Shown here: one piece after another, positions 49,682-60,458 of the stretch | How positions within the stretch are numbered: the stretch's first letter is position 1 | Layout of the letters: each line of letters begins with the position of its first letter | NCBI GenBank assembly: GCA_963674735.2 | Contig: CAXXQS010000001.1 | Span: 1,888,001-1,952,000 of the forward strand | Direction: 5' to 3' | Source: Myxococcota bacterium | GTDB taxonomy: Bacteria > Myxococcota_A > SURF-8 | DNA: 64,000 bases | Notes under the pieces: model-generated | What the model was told of the DNA's origin: nothing | Database searches by the model: none | The model's input: the letters and a program-made list of their open reading frames with translations, nothing else | Program-made: the position numbers and the translations under genes

Positions 49682-50431
49682 ATGAGACGGTTATTAATCC
49701 TTGCGTTGATGGTTGGGATTGCGAACTTTATGCTGTTGTCGGTCGCCTGTGCCCAAGAAGAAGATGAGAAGCAAAGCCCGACGGAAGACAGTTTGGATTC
49801 CATTTTGACTACCCCGAAGAGCGCGCCGGAACCTGCCGCCGACGCCAAACCGGCCAAACCCGAAGAAGCACCGCCGACGGCGATCGAAGTACCCAAAGAA
49901 GAATTCCCGGTCGACCCGCGCAACCTGCGCATTTCCATCAAAATGAAGAATGGAAAGTCGATCAACGGCCGCGTGAAGAATTTCCTGATCAGCGAGCGCC
50001 TCGTCGATCATATGGGCGACCCGGCGTTTTCTCTCTGCGACGGTCCCACGGTTCAGTACGAGATGAATGAATTCGTGATGGATTGGTCCGATATCGGCAC
50101 CATCGTTTTCAACAAGAAAAACAAGGAAAACGGCGAAATCAGTTGCGTCGAGGTCAGCGATGTTTCCCTCGAACGCATGGAATGCATCATGATCAATGAA
50201 TTCAGTGCCTTCGCCCGCGATAAAAGCAAAAAAGGCGCCCACATCATTATCGATAAAAACCTCTTCCGCTTCGTCGTGGATACGGGAAAAGGCATCGTCA
50301 ATGTCGACACCCACCTTGGAAAAGTCAAAGTCACAAACGAGCGTGACGAATCGCGCAAGTCCAAGGAAATGGTGAAAGAACTCAAGGGTGTTTTCTCCAA
50401 CGAAGCGATGCTGATCTCTTTCAGCAAGTAA
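49682..50431 (+). CDS. Hypothetical secreted protein
   Basis: GGAGG RBS, signal peptide, Pro/Ala/Glu linker, beta-rich domain. Confidence 0.7.
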   Translation: MRRLLILALMVGIANFMLLSVACAQEEDEKQSPTEDSLDSILTTPKSAPEPAADAKPAKPEEAPPTAIEVPKEEFPVDPRNLRISIKMKNGKSINGRVKNFLISERLVDHMGDPAFSLCDGPTVQYEMNEFVMDWSDIGTIVFNKKNKENGEISCVEVSDVSLERMECIMINEFSAFARDKSKKGAHIIIDKNLFRFVVDTGKGIVNVDTHLGKVKVTNERDESRKSKEMVKELKGVFSNEAMLISFSK

Positions 50432-50452
50432 CCGGATAAAGTCCGTTTTTTC

Positions 50453-50483
50453 GGCCACCCTCCCATGGGTGGCCATTTCTTTT
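50453..50483 (+). terminator. Hairpin / probable terminator
   Basis: GGCCACCC-TCCCAT-GGGTGGCC-ATTTCTTTT. Confidence 0.6.
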
Positions 50484-50494
50484 GCGAGACTCCG

Positions 50495-51904
50495 ATGCAC
50501 ACAGACCGGAACTTGCGACAACACGTAGCCCGCTCCATCCGGCAACGAGCGTTGATTGCCCAAGGAGCCCGCTTGCTTGTGGCCGTTTCCGGAGGGATCG
50601 ATTCCGTCACCCTGTTGCATATCTTGTTGAGTTTGAAGCAGAAACAGGGCTGGTCCCTGGCTTTGGGCCACATCAATCACGGCATGCGGGGCGTCGAGTC
50701 GGACGGCGACGAGACATTCGTTCGCGATCTGGCCAAACGCTATGAACTGCCGATCCACGTGCATCGGATCGATCCCGCGACCTGGAAAGATCCCGGAAAC
50801 ACGCAAGCCAAAGCCCGCGCCATCCGCTATCAAGTCCTTGAAAACTGGCTGAAAGAAGAGAATTACGACCTGATCGCCACCGCCCACAATGCAGACGACC
50901 AGGCCGAAACCCTGCTCGACCGTTTGACGCGCGGCTCCGGTGTCGATGGCTTGTCCGGCATTCCCTGGATCAATGGTTTGGTCGTGCGGCCGCTGCTGGA
51001 TATTTCCCGGCAGCAGATTCAGCGATATGGCCAACGCCACGAATTGGCCTGGCGCGAAGATGCCAGCAACCAGAGTCTAAAATATTTCAGAAATGCTCTG
51101 CGCCACGGCCCCCTGCGCGACATGACCCGCCTGCGACCGACCTCCGTGCGGCAAATGGCCGCCGCGGCCGAGCGCTTGCGAGAAACCTCGGAAGCCATGG
51201 CCTGGCTGTTGAAGCAGGATCTTTCCAAGCGGCTGAATAAACAGAACAATCAGCAGTTTTCCCTCGATGTCAGCGATTGGAACCAAGCGCCGATCGGTCT
51301 GCGGCTGGCCTTGCTGAGAGCAGCCATGAAACAAGTGACGGCGAACGGACTTTGGGGATTCGGCGACGTTCACTGGCGCGACCTCGACCGCGCGGCCCTG
51401 ACGCCCCATCGTTTTTCCGAGCGACGCTTTCCACAGGGTATTGCTGTTTTAGGGGGCCGTAACCGCTTGATTATCAGTCAGAATCAGCCTCCGACTCCCG
51501 AAGCCTACACCCACTCGTTGGACATACCGGGAGAAGTCGATACCCCGCTCGGACGCATTCAGGCAACGCTCCTCGACACCTCGACCGGCATCCGCTACGA
51601 ATCGCCGAATACGGCCTATTTCGACGCATCGGCAATCGACTTGCCCCTCCAGGTGCGCTCGCGTTGCCGAGGCGATCGGATTCAACTGCCGAATCTGGGG
51701 CAACGGTCGGTGGCGCGGGTCATGAGCGACCTGAAAACACCTCGATATTCCCGCAGTCATTTGCCCCTGCTTCTCTCTCGGAAATCGCGGGTTTTGTGGA
51801 TTGTCGGGCTGCGCCGTTCGAGTCACGCCCTGGTCGGGGCCGAAACACGAAGCATCCTTGGAATAAAATTCATCCCCAATGATTCAAACATCTTGGAATT
51901 GTGA
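50495..51904 (+). CDS. tilS: tRNA(Ile)-lysidine synthase
   Basis: AVSGGIDS PP-loop, HINHG, TAHNADDQAET, RPLL, EDASN. Confidence 0.95.
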   Translation: MHTDRNLRQHVARSIRQRALIAQGARLLVAVSGGIDSVTLLHILLSLKQKQGWSLALGHINHGMRGVESDGDETFVRDLAKRYELPIHVHRIDPATWKDPGNTQAKARAIRYQVLENWLKEENYDLIATAHNADDQAETLLDRLTRGSGVDGLSGIPWINGLVVRPLLDISRQQIQRYGQRHELAWREDASNQSLKYFRNALRHGPLRDMTRLRPTSVRQMAAAAERLRETSEAMAWLLKQDLSKRLNKQNNQQFSLDVSDWNQAPIGLRLALLRAAMKQVTANGLWGFGDVHWRDLDRAALTPHRFSERRFPQGIAVLGGRNRLIISQNQPPTPEAYTHSLDIPGEVDTPLGRIQATLLDTSTGIRYESPNTAYFDASAIDLPLQVRSRCRGDRIQLPNLGQRSVARVMSDLKTPRYSRSHLPLLLSRKSRVLWIVGLRRSSHALVGAETRSILGIKFIPNDSNILEL

Positions 51905-52005
51905 AACTATTTATGATATGATACCGGGTTGATACATGTGGCAGGACGTCGGCGGGTACAAAAATTCGGAAGACCATCCGGTCGCCTGCACAAAGCGAGG
52001 TTAAG

Positions 52006-53952
52006 TTGAAGCAATCTCAAAAAACGGCCATTCTGTGGATCCTCCTGATCATGATGTTTCTCAGCATCATGTACATGATCAACGATCCGCAAAGCAACCG
52101 CAATGAAATCACATTCAACCAATTCGTCTCCAAGATGGAGCTGACGACGGAATCCGGCGAGCAGGAGGTTAAGGAAATCCTGGTCAAAGGTCGTCAGATC
52201 GAAGGAACCCTTGCCAATGGCGAACAATTCGTCACCCAAGGCCCCATCTCGGAGAGCTACCTGGACAAGCTGATTGCAGCGGGCACCGTGGTCAAATTCG
52301 AAAAAGAAGAGGAAACCGCCTTCTGGCAGCAGTTTCTGATTTCGTGGTTGCCCATGATCTTTCTGTTCGCCATTTTCTTTTTCTTCATGCGCCAACTGCA
52401 GGCCGGTGGCGGCAAAGCCATGTCGTTTGGAAAGTCCAAAGCCAAACTGCTGAACTCGCCAAACAAAAAAGTCACCTTCAAAGATGTCGCCGGAATCGAA
52501 GAGGCCAAGGAAGAAGTACAAGAAATTATTGAGTTTTTACGTGAGCCTAAAAAATTCACCAGCCTGGGCGGACGCATTCCCAAAGGCGTGCTTCTCATGG
52601 GACCGCCGGGAACCGGTAAAACACTTTTGGCACGCGCCATCGCAGGTGAAGCCGACGTCCCGTTTTACTCGATTTCCGGTTCCGATTTCGTTGAGATGTT
52701 CGTGGGTGTCGGCGCCAGCCGAGTGCGCGATCTTTTCGAACAAGGCAAGAAAAACGCCCCCTGCATCATCTTCATCGATGAAATCGACGCCGTCGGTCGT
52801 CATCGCGGCGCGGGCTTGGGCGGCGGACACGATGAACGCGAGCAAACCCTCAACCAGTTGCTCGTTGAGATGGACGGCTTCGAATCCAACGAAGGCGTGA
52901 TTCTGGTTGCGGCAACCAACCGGCCGGACGTCCTGGATCCCGCGCTGCTGCGTCCCGGTCGATTCGACCGCCGCGTGGTGGTTCCCAACCCGGACCTGCT
53001 CGGTCGTCTGGGAATCCTGCAGGTTCATTCCTCCCATGTTCCGCTCGATGAAAAGGTCGACCTGGAGGTGATCGCTCGCGGCACCCCCGGCTTTTCGGGT
53101 GCGGATCTCGAAAACCTGGTCAATGAAGCCGCCCTGCAGGCCGCCCGCCGCAACCTGAAAAAAGTGGAAATGTCCGATTTCGAATCGGCGAAAGACAAAA
53201 TCCTGTTGGGCACCGAACGCCGATCGATGATCGTGAGCGACAAGGAAAAACGCATCACGGCCTATCATGAAGCCGGCCATGCGCTTGTCGCCGCCAAATT
53301 GAAAGACTACGACCCGGTTCAGAAAGTGACCATCATCCCGCGCGGAATGGCGCTGGGATTGACGCAAACCCTTCCCGAAGAGGACAAATACACGCAGTCC
53401 AAAACGTACATCCTCAACACCATCCGTTACGCCATGGGGGGCAGGGCCGCCGAAGAACTCGTTTTCAAAGAAAAGACGACCGGAGCCGGAAACGACATCC
53501 TGCGTTCCACCGCCCTCGCCCGCCGCATGGTCTGCGAATGGGGAATGAGCGACAAACTCGGCCCGCTTTCGTTCGGGAAACGTGAAGAACACATCTTCCT
53601 CGGACGTGAAATATCACGCCAGCAGGACTACAGCGACGTGGTCGCGCGCGATATCGACAGTGAAGTTCGCAGTATCGCGGAAGGCTGCTACCACGACGCG
53701 GTAAGTTCGCTTCGTGAAAGCCTCGACCAGCTGCATGCCATGGCCGAGGCCCTGCTTGAATATGAGACACTCGATGCCGCGGAAGTCCGGAAGATCATGA
53801 ACGGAGAAAAGATCGTTCGTCCCGAGCCGTCGGCGGAGGTTAAAAGCCTCGATACTTTTCTAAAAGCCCCGGAAGACAAAACGGAATCGGATACGGAACC
53901 GGATAAAACCGACCCCAAAGTTCTGGTGCCGCCCAGCTTGGAGAACTCATAA
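52006..53952 (+). CDS. ftsH: ATP-dependent zinc metalloprotease FtsH
   Basis: Two TMs, [15 protein letters not shown], second region of homology, HEAGH. Confidence 0.98.
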   Translation: MKQSQKTAILWILLIMMFLSIMYMINDPQSNRNEITFNQFVSKMELTTESGEQEVKEILVKGRQIEGTLANGEQFVTQGPISESYLDKLIAAGTVVKFEKEEETAFWQQFLISWLPMIFLFAIFFFFMRQLQAGGGKAMSFGKSKAKLLNSPNKKVTFKDVAGIEEAKEEVQEIIEFLREPKKFTSLGGRIPKGVLLMGPPGTGKTLLARAIAGEADVPFYSISGSDFVEMFVGVGASRVRDLFEQGKKNAPCIIFIDEIDAVGRHRGAGLGGGHDEREQTLNQLLVEMDGFESNEGVILVAATNRPDVLDPALLRPGRFDRRVVVPNPDLLGRLGILQVHSSHVPLDEKVDLEVIARGTPGFSGADLENLVNEAALQAARRNLKKVEMSDFESAKDKILLGTERRSMIVSDKEKRITAYHEAGHALVAAKLKDYDPVQKVTIIPRGMALGLTQTLPEEDKYTQSKTYILNTIRYAMGGRAAEELVFKEKTTGAGNDILRSTALARRMVCEWGMSDKLGPLSFGKREEHIFLGREISRQQDYSDVVARDIDSEVRSIAEGCYHDAVSSLRESLDQLHAMAEALLEYETLDAAEVRKIMNGEKIVRPEPSAEVKSLDTFLKAPEDKTESDTEPDKTDPKVLVPPSLENS

Positions 53953-54014
53953 GTCGCCGAGCGGATCGCGCAATCGGACACAACCGGGTTGCACACTGAT
54001 GAGGTGTAGGTGCG

Positions 54015-54884
54015 TTGGAGGCGACCCTGGACACGCTATCACTTGGATCGAAAGAACTTGCCTTTGCAAACAAGACCCTCGTTATGGGGATCTTGAACGT
54101 CACCCCCGACTCGTTCTCGGATGGAGGCCGGTTCGACTCGGTTGAACGCGCGCAACGGCATGCACTCAAAATGCTGGCGGATGGAGCGGACATCATCGAT
54201 ATCGGGGGCGAATCGACTCGTCCCGGATCGGATGCCATCTCGGCCGACGAGGAGATGACGCGGGTGATCCCGGTCATCGAGCGCATTCGACTGAAATCGG
54301 ACGTGCCGATCTCCATCGACACAAGCAAAGCCGTCGTGGCCCGCGCGGCCCTGGAAGCCGGAGCGGATATCATCAACGACATTTCGGGCTTGACCTTCGA
54401 TGCCGCGATGCCGCCGCTGGCCGCTGAAACGGGCGTTCCGGTGGTCGTAATGCACACCTTCTCGAATCCGAAAGTGATGCAGAAGACCTATCGGTATGAC
54501 GACGTCGTCGAGGATATTTTCCACTTTTTCAAGGAGCGGCTGGAAGCCCTGACACAAAGCGGCATTCAAGGCGATCGCATCATCCTGGATCCGGGAATCG
54601 GGTTCGGAAAATCGATTCAGCACAATTGCCGCCTGATTCGCGAATGTCGGCGTTTCGGCGAACTGGGCTGCCCCATCTTGATCGGCGCATCCCGCAAGTC
54701 GTTTATCGGTGCGATACTCGACGCGGATGTCAATGACCGCCTCGAAGGGTCGCTCGCGGCGGCGGTTGCCGCAGCCTGGGCCGGGGCGAACATCATTCGC
54801 GCTCACGACGTCAAGGAAACCGTTCGTGCATTGCAACTTTCAGACGCCATTTCAGGACGAACTTCTCTCACGGATTTAGCATAG
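54015..54884 (+). CDS. folP: Dihydropteroate synthase
   Basis: MGILNVTPDSFSDGG, GGESTRPG, DPGIGFGK, SRKSF. Confidence 0.97.
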   Translation: MEATLDTLSLGSKELAFANKTLVMGILNVTPDSFSDGGRFDSVERAQRHALKMLADGADIIDIGGESTRPGSDAISADEEMTRVIPVIERIRLKSDVPISIDTSKAVVARAALEAGADIINDISGLTFDAAMPPLAAETGVPVVVMHTFSNPKVMQKTYRYDDVVEDIFHFFKERLEALTQSGIQGDRIILDPGIGFGKSIQHNCRLIRECRRFGELGCPILIGASRKSFIGAILDADVNDRLEGSLAAAVAAAWAGANIIRAHDVKETVRALQLSDAISGRTSLTDLA

Positions 54885-54892
54885 GCGCGTAT

Positions 54893-55690
54893 ATGGAAAA
54901 TTTTCTCGGTCTCAACCTCGAAAACGACATCGGACGCATCGCCATAACTTTGCTGGACCTCGTTTTGGTTTGGTATGTCGTTTATCGCGTGCTGCTCTTG
55001 ATTCGAGGAACCAAAACGGTGCAGGTGCTGGTCGGCCTGATCTTGATCATCATCGCCTTTGCCGTTTCCAAGTTCCTGGGTTTGATGACCTTGAGCTGGA
55101 TACTCGATTATTTCGTCAACTCGTTCATCTTCATCCTGATCGTCGTTTTTCAGCATGATATCCGTCGCGGCCTTTCCAAAATGGGTCGCAACCCGTTTTT
55201 TCACGGGATCAGCACCCTTGAGGAGGTTTTCTTTATCGAGGAACTGGTCAAAGCCTCCTCGGCTCTTTCAAACAAACGCGTCGGAGCCTTGATCGTCATC
55301 GAGCGCGAGGCCGACTTGACCGAATTCACGGAAGAAGGAACGGCCATCGACGCCAAAGTCAACCGCGAGATGATCATGTCGATCATGCATCCAAGCTCAC
55401 CGATTCACGACGGCGCCATTATCGTTCAGGATGGTCGTATGACGTTCGCCGGATGTTTCCTCCCCCTGAGTTCAAACCCCAAAATTTCGCGTGAATTGGG
55501 CACCCGCCATCGGGCGGCGATCGGGGTTTCGGAGGAAACGGACGCCTTGGTCATCGTGGTCAGCGAGGAAACGGGCAAGATTTCGTTCGTCATGGATGGC
55601 CAGATCACACGGGATCTCGATTCCAACACGCTCAAGAAAATCCTTCAGAACACGTTGGGTCTTTCTACGTCAAAGAAGGCAAAATCCTAA
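54893..55690 (+). CDS. cdaA: Diadenylate cyclase CdaA
   Basis: Three N-terminal TMs, HDGA, GTRHRAA, VSEETG. Confidence 0.95.
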   Translation: MENFLGLNLENDIGRIAITLLDLVLVWYVVYRVLLLIRGTKTVQVLVGLILIIIAFAVSKFLGLMTLSWILDYFVNSFIFILIVVFQHDIRRGLSKMGRNPFFHGISTLEEVFFIEELVKASSALSNKRVGALIVIEREADLTEFTEEGTAIDAKVNREMIMSIMHPSSPIHDGAIIVQDGRMTFAGCFLPLSSNPKISRELGTRHRAAIGVSEETDALVIVVSEETGKISFVMDGQITRDLDSNTLKKILQNTLGLSTSKKAKS

Positions 55691-56679
55691 TGGCCCAGGG
55701 ATCCAAAGAAACATTTGCGAATATGGTGAAGTCGTTGTTGCGTCGCTTGTTCGTCGACAACATCGGGCTCAAGCTGTTCTCCTTCCTGATTGCCCTTCTG
55801 CTCTGGCTCTTTGTTCTCGGCGCTGAAGACGTCACCACCACGGTGGATGTTCCGCTCTTTTTCCGCCTCTCCGCCGACCGGGTGCTGGTTTCCGACGTTC
55901 CGCATCACATTAAAATCAACGTCTCCGGCCCTTGGGCGACTCTGAAAAGCTGGAACACGGAGAACATCGAAGTTTCGATGGATTTGTCGAAAACGGATCT
56001 AGGTCCAAGTGTGGTTTATTTCGAGGAAAGCCTGTTTCGACTTCCCCCCGGATTGAAACTGGTGCGCGTCAACCCTTCCCAGTTAACGATCAGCCTGGCG
56101 AAAAAGGCTTCGAAAATCGTGCGTTTGTTACCGATGCATTCAGGCAAACCCGCAGCCGGGTATGTCGTAAAGGCCATCGAGCCGATCCCGGAAGTCCTGA
56201 CCATCGAAGGCGCGGAAAGCGACCTGCTCATTATCGATGAGGTACTGACCGAAGAAATCAACGTAACCGGCAAACGCGAAACCTTCACCACGACCACGAC
56301 ACCGGTCCGGCTTTCAAAGAACATTCAATTCCCCAGCAAGGATCCGATCCTCGTGACCGTCACCATCAAGAAAGACCTCATCGAGCGGACCCTCCTCGAC
56401 ATTCCGATCTCGGTTAAAAACACGAACTTCCAGACATCCTTGAAACCTCCAACGACCTCCATCACGGTTTCAGGACCGCGAGAGGCCGTCGAAAAGCTGA
56501 CCCGTAAGGAGATTACCGCCTTTATCGATGTCGGCAAGGAGGAAGGCGATATCCCCGGCACCACCTCCACCCGCGAAGTGGAATTCGGTCCGCTCCCGGA
56601 CAACATCAAAATCAAGGCGGGTTCGTATACTGTGAAGCTGATCATATCGAGCGTTCTCAAGAACAAAAGCGACAACTGA
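55690..56679 (+). CDS. cdaR: CdaR/YbbR-like protein
   Basis: N-terminal TM and YbbR-type repeats; located between cdaA and glmM. Confidence 0.85.
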   Translation: MAQGSKETFANMVKSLLRRLFVDNIGLKLFSFLIALLLWLFVLGAEDVTTTVDVPLFFRLSADRVLVSDVPHHIKINVSGPWATLKSWNTENIEVSMDLSKTDLGPSVVYFEESLFRLPPGLKLVRVNPSQLTISLAKKASKIVRLLPMHSGKPAAGYVVKAIEPIPEVLTIEGAESDLLIIDEVLTEEINVTGKRETFTTTTTPVRLSKNIQFPSKDPILVTVTIKKDLIERTLLDIPISVKNTNFQTSLKPPTTSITVSGPREAVEKLTRKEITAFIDVGKEEGDIPGTTSTREVEFGPLPDNIKIKAGSYTVKLIISSVLKNKSDN

Positions 56680-56720
56680 CCGGATATCCTCGGAACCGGA
56701 ATCGTGAAACAGGACCGATT

Positions 56721-58073
56721 ATGAGAAAATTATTTGGAACAGATGGAATTCGCGGGCAAGCCAATCGCTATCCCATGGACGCCTATACCGCCTACAAAGT
56801 CGGCGCGGCGGTCGGCCATTATTTCCGCCAACTGCACCGCGCCCCGAAAGTCCTGATCGGCCGCGACACCCGTCTTTCGGGTTTCATGCTGCAAAACGCG
56901 ATTGCGGCCGGACTGTGTGCGGTGGGCTGCGAAGCCGTGGAATTGGGCGTCGTTTCGACCCCCGGCGTCGCCTACCTCACGCATCATAAAGGCGCCGATG
57001 CCGGTATCATGATCAGCGCCTCGCACAATCCCTACATCGACAACGGAATCAAGATCTTTTCCAACGATGGGTTCAAGCTGCCGGACGCCAATGAACTGGA
57101 AATCGAAGACCTGATCCTGAACACCAACAGCGACGACCTGCATGTGGCCCCTGAAGAGATCGGCATGACCTCCTCCAGGCCGGAAGCGGTCCGCTGGTAC
57201 AGTGAGATTCTCAGCAACTCGGTCGGAAAGCGGACCTTCGATGGGATGAAAATCGTGTTGGACTGTGCTCATGGCGCGGCCACCAACATCGCCCCGCCGA
57301 TTTTCCGCAGCCTCCGCGCCAAAGTCACCACCATCGGAAACGATCCGGACGGCCGTAACATCAATGACGGCATCGGCTCGCTGTATCCCGAACAACTCCA
57401 GGAAACCGTCCGCAAAACCGGGGCGGATTTCGGAGTCGCCTTTGATGGCGATGCGGATCGCGCCATTTTCGTCGATGCCAACGGGTTGGTCGTGGATGGC
57501 GACTGCATCATGGCAATCTGCGCCAAAAAGCTCAATGATGACGGCCATCTCATGCACAAGACCCTGGTTGCAACGGTGATGAGCAATATCGGCCTGCACC
57601 GCGCCATGGAAGCGGAAGGAATCAAAGTCATCACCACCGCCGTCGGTGACCGCTACGTCGTCGAAGAGATGCGGAGCCATGGCTACAATTTCGGCGGCGA
57701 GCAATCCGGCCACCTGATCTTCCTGGATTACAGCACCACCGGCGACGGCATCCTCACCGCTTTGCAGGTTTTGACCATTCTCTACGACAGTGGACGTCCC
57801 CTGCACGAACTCACCCAACTGATGACCCGTTATCCCCAGGTTCTGCTGAACCTGAAAGTGAAAGAAAAACGCCCCATCGACACATTGCCCTCGGTTTCCG
57901 GGTTGATTCGCCAGATCGAAGAAAAACTGGGGAAAGAGGGGCGCGTACTCGTGCGCTACAGCGGCACCGAAAACCTGGCGCGCGTCATGGTGGAAGGCCT
58001 GGATCAGCAAGAGATCGACGGCTATGCCTCCGAAATTCTTGCCGCCATCGACAAGGAGCTCAATCAAACGTGA
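56721..58073 (+). CDS. glmM: Phosphoglucosamine mutase
   Basis: LFGTDGIRG, ISASHNP, FDGDADR, GGEQSGH. Confidence 0.97.
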   Translation: MRKLFGTDGIRGQANRYPMDAYTAYKVGAAVGHYFRQLHRAPKVLIGRDTRLSGFMLQNAIAAGLCAVGCEAVELGVVSTPGVAYLTHHKGADAGIMISASHNPYIDNGIKIFSNDGFKLPDANELEIEDLILNTNSDDLHVAPEEIGMTSSRPEAVRWYSEILSNSVGKRTFDGMKIVLDCAHGAATNIAPPIFRSLRAKVTTIGNDPDGRNINDGIGSLYPEQLQETVRKTGADFGVAFDGDADRAIFVDANGLVVDGDCIMAICAKKLNDDGHLMHKTLVATVMSNIGLHRAMEAEGIKVITTAVGDRYVVEEMRSHGYNFGGEQSGHLIFLDYSTTGDGILTALQVLTILYDSGRPLHELTQLMTRYPQVLLNLKVKEKRPIDTLPSVSGLIRQIEEKLGKEGRVLVRYSGTENLARVMVEGLDQQEIDGYASEILAAIDKELNQT

Positions 58074-60433
58074 TATCTTTGCCGACAGGTCTGCCGTTCC
58101 GCCAAGGACAGGCAAGCCTGCTCCACGCAATCGGAGTCTTCCTGGTCCTTATCCTTGTTCTTTCTCTGCCCTGCTCTACCCTGGCGGCTCCCGATTCGAC
58201 CTCGCACCCCCTGATCCGAACGACGAAACAATCTTTTATCGGCGACATCGCCCTCCCCTCGCCGCCGTCGACGGTTCGACCACGCCCTTTCGTTAAACCT
58301 GCCGACGAAGAAGCCCAGCCCCTCAAAATCCCGAGCGAAAAAGCGAACAAACTGCCTTTGACCGAAATTCTGGACTTCGCCGATCGCTACAACCACGGAC
58401 TCTGGCTGGATGTCGGCTCCCCCGCCTTCGCCTTACATACGCGCCCCGGCGAATGGACGGAAGCGGAATTCGCTCCGTTCAACAGAAGCACTCAACGTCT
58501 TCGGAAAAATAGCGCAACCATTCGCTGTTTTCTTCCCGAAGCCGACACGTATGTCGTAAGCCTCCACGCCCGAGTCGACCGTTCGGGAGAAACGTTTTCC
58601 ATTGAAACCTCCGGAAAATCCCCGGTCTCGGTGGCGCTGGACAAAGAGGGCTGGTCAAGCTATTGGTTGGATCTCAGTGACTGGGATTCGATCAGTGGAT
58701 ATCGGGAATTCACGTTAAAAACGTCGCGAACGCAGTCTATTTCCATCGATCAGGTGCATTTCCACCCGGTTACCCGCTTTCATCCCAAACCGAATCTGGC
58801 CATTCCACCGGTAGAACCCCTTCGACAATCCATCTTTTACGGTCCCCCCGCCCCTCTCTCGCCCTCCAAATCCAAACAGGAGGTGTCTCTACCGGGCGAA
58901 GGCGGGCTTGTCTGGCATATGGAGGTTCCCAACGCGGTCCGGCTGCTGTTTTCCCTGCGCATCGAACGCGACATTCCCGGACAAAGTCCGGTCGTTTTGC
59001 TGGTACGCGCCGCCAACGCCGACGCGAAACCGGATCTGCTGTTCGTCGAACCTTTCGCGTACCCCTCCAACGCACGCAACCATACTTATGCCGTCGATCT
59101 GACAAAGTATGCGGGTCGTCTCGTCCGCCTGGAGATATGGACAACCGGAGGAACCGACAGCGACCGATTGACCCTGATCGATCCGCGCATCGAAACCTAT
59201 CTGCCGGTTCGCCCTCCAACGGCCTGGATTCCGCCACGCAACGTCATCGTTTTCCTGAGCGATACTCTGCGCTGGGACAAGATCCATTTCTTCAAACCGG
59301 CCGACAACGACATTATCACTCCCAACTTCGACCGAATCGCCAGCGAGGGCATCACCTTCACCAACGCCATCTCCCAGGGATGCTGGTCCAAACCCTCGCA
59401 GGCCGCCATCATGGGCGGTCGTTATCCGTGGGATCTCCGGATGGAGAAACCGGAGCAAACCCGCGCCGATAACGTTCTCTTGATTGCCGATGCCATCAAG
59501 GACAAGCGCCCCGAAGTGGTGACGGCCTCCTTTTCCTCCAACGGCTATGTGTCATCCCGCTTCGGTTTCGCCCAGAACTGGGACTATTCCCGCAACATGA
59601 TTCGCGAACAACTCCCCAATCGAACGGAATACCTGCTCTCCGCCATGACCCGTACATGGGAGAAAAACGCGATAAGCGAACAGCCCTTTTTCGTCTGGCT
59701 CGGGACCATCGACCCGCATGTGGCCTATAACCCCAGAAAGCCTTTTCTCGATCTCTACGACCCGGACCCCTATCACGGCCGAATCGTTCCTTATAAAACG
59801 GCCTCCCTTTTGTATGAAATCCGCACGGGACGCTTCAAACCATCCAAACGAGACTGGCACCACCTGAACGCCCTATACAAAGGCGAAGTTACCTACAACG
59901 ACGCTCAATTCGGCGAATTGATGAAACAATTGGAGGATTGGGATATTCTCGACGATACGGCTCTGATCCTCGTTTCGGATCACGGGGACGAATTCCTGGA
60001 CCACAAAGGCATGGGGCATGGTCATTCTCTTTATGACGAGTTGGTCCGCGTTCCGATGATCGTCTATTACCCGCGGGGATTTCGTCAAGCCCGCGTCATC
60101 GATCAAACCGTGGAAACCATGGCGATCTATCCGACGGTTTTGTCCATGCTCGACATCGAGCCCAAACCGGAAACCACGGCCCAAAGCCTTTTACCTTATG
60201 CTTTCGGGGCCGCTCCCTTGTGGCCACGCGTGTCCGCCTCTACCCTTTCGCGCTCCCAAACGTTGATCGCCCTTTCACAATGGCGGCTGCTGATCAAACA
60301 AAACGAGCTGCGCCTTTTCGATACGGCTTCAGACCCCTACCAGCAAAATGAACTAGCCGATTCACGGCCGGATGTTGTATATTACATGTGGAAGCGTTAT
60401 ATGATGTGGAAGTATCGCTATCAACTTTCCTAG
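58070..60433 (+). CDS. Sulfatase / alkaline phosphatase superfamily protein with N-terminal beta domains
   Basis: NVIVFLSDTLR, TPNFD, WSKPSQAAIMGGRYP, DPHVAY, SDHGDEF, GHG. Confidence 0.82.
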   Translation: MISLPTGLPFRQGQASLLHAIGVFLVLILVLSLPCSTLAAPDSTSHPLIRTTKQSFIGDIALPSPPSTVRPRPFVKPADEEAQPLKIPSEKANKLPLTEILDFADRYNHGLWLDVGSPAFALHTRPGEWTEAEFAPFNRSTQRLRKNSATIRCFLPEADTYVVSLHARVDRSGETFSIETSGKSPVSVALDKEGWSSYWLDLSDWDSISGYREFTLKTSRTQSISIDQVHFHPVTRFHPKPNLAIPPVEPLRQSIFYGPPAPLSPSKSKQEVSLPGEGGLVWHMEVPNAVRLLFSLRIERDIPGQSPVVLLVRAANADAKPDLLFVEPFAYPSNARNHTYAVDLTKYAGRLVRLEIWTTGGTDSDRLTLIDPRIETYLPVRPPTAWIPPRNVIVFLSDTLRWDKIHFFKPADNDIITPNFDRIASEGITFTNAISQGCWSKPSQAAIMGGRYPWDLRMEKPEQTRADNVLLIADAIKDKRPEVVTASFSSNGYVSSRFGFAQNWDYSRNMIREQLPNRTEYLLSAMTRTWEKNAISEQPFFVWLGTIDPHVAYNPRKPFLDLYDPDPYHGRIVPYKTASLLYEIRTGRFKPSKRDWHHLNALYKGEVTYNDAQFGELMKQLEDWDILDDTALILVSDHGDEFLDHKGMGHGHSLYDELVRVPMIVYYPRGFRQARVIDQTVETMAIYPTVLSMLDIEPKPETTAQSLLPYAFGAAPLWPRVSASTLSRSQTLIALSQWRLLIKQNELRLFDTASDPYQQNELADSRPDVVYYMWKRYMMWKYRYQLS

Positions 60434-60458
60434 CCCCAGAACGCCCAAGAGGTCGCCC

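Noticed and set aside
54893-58073. c-di-AMP module cdaA-cdaR-glmM in a Gram-negative organism
   Set aside because: Already known in deltaproteobacteria, so not novel
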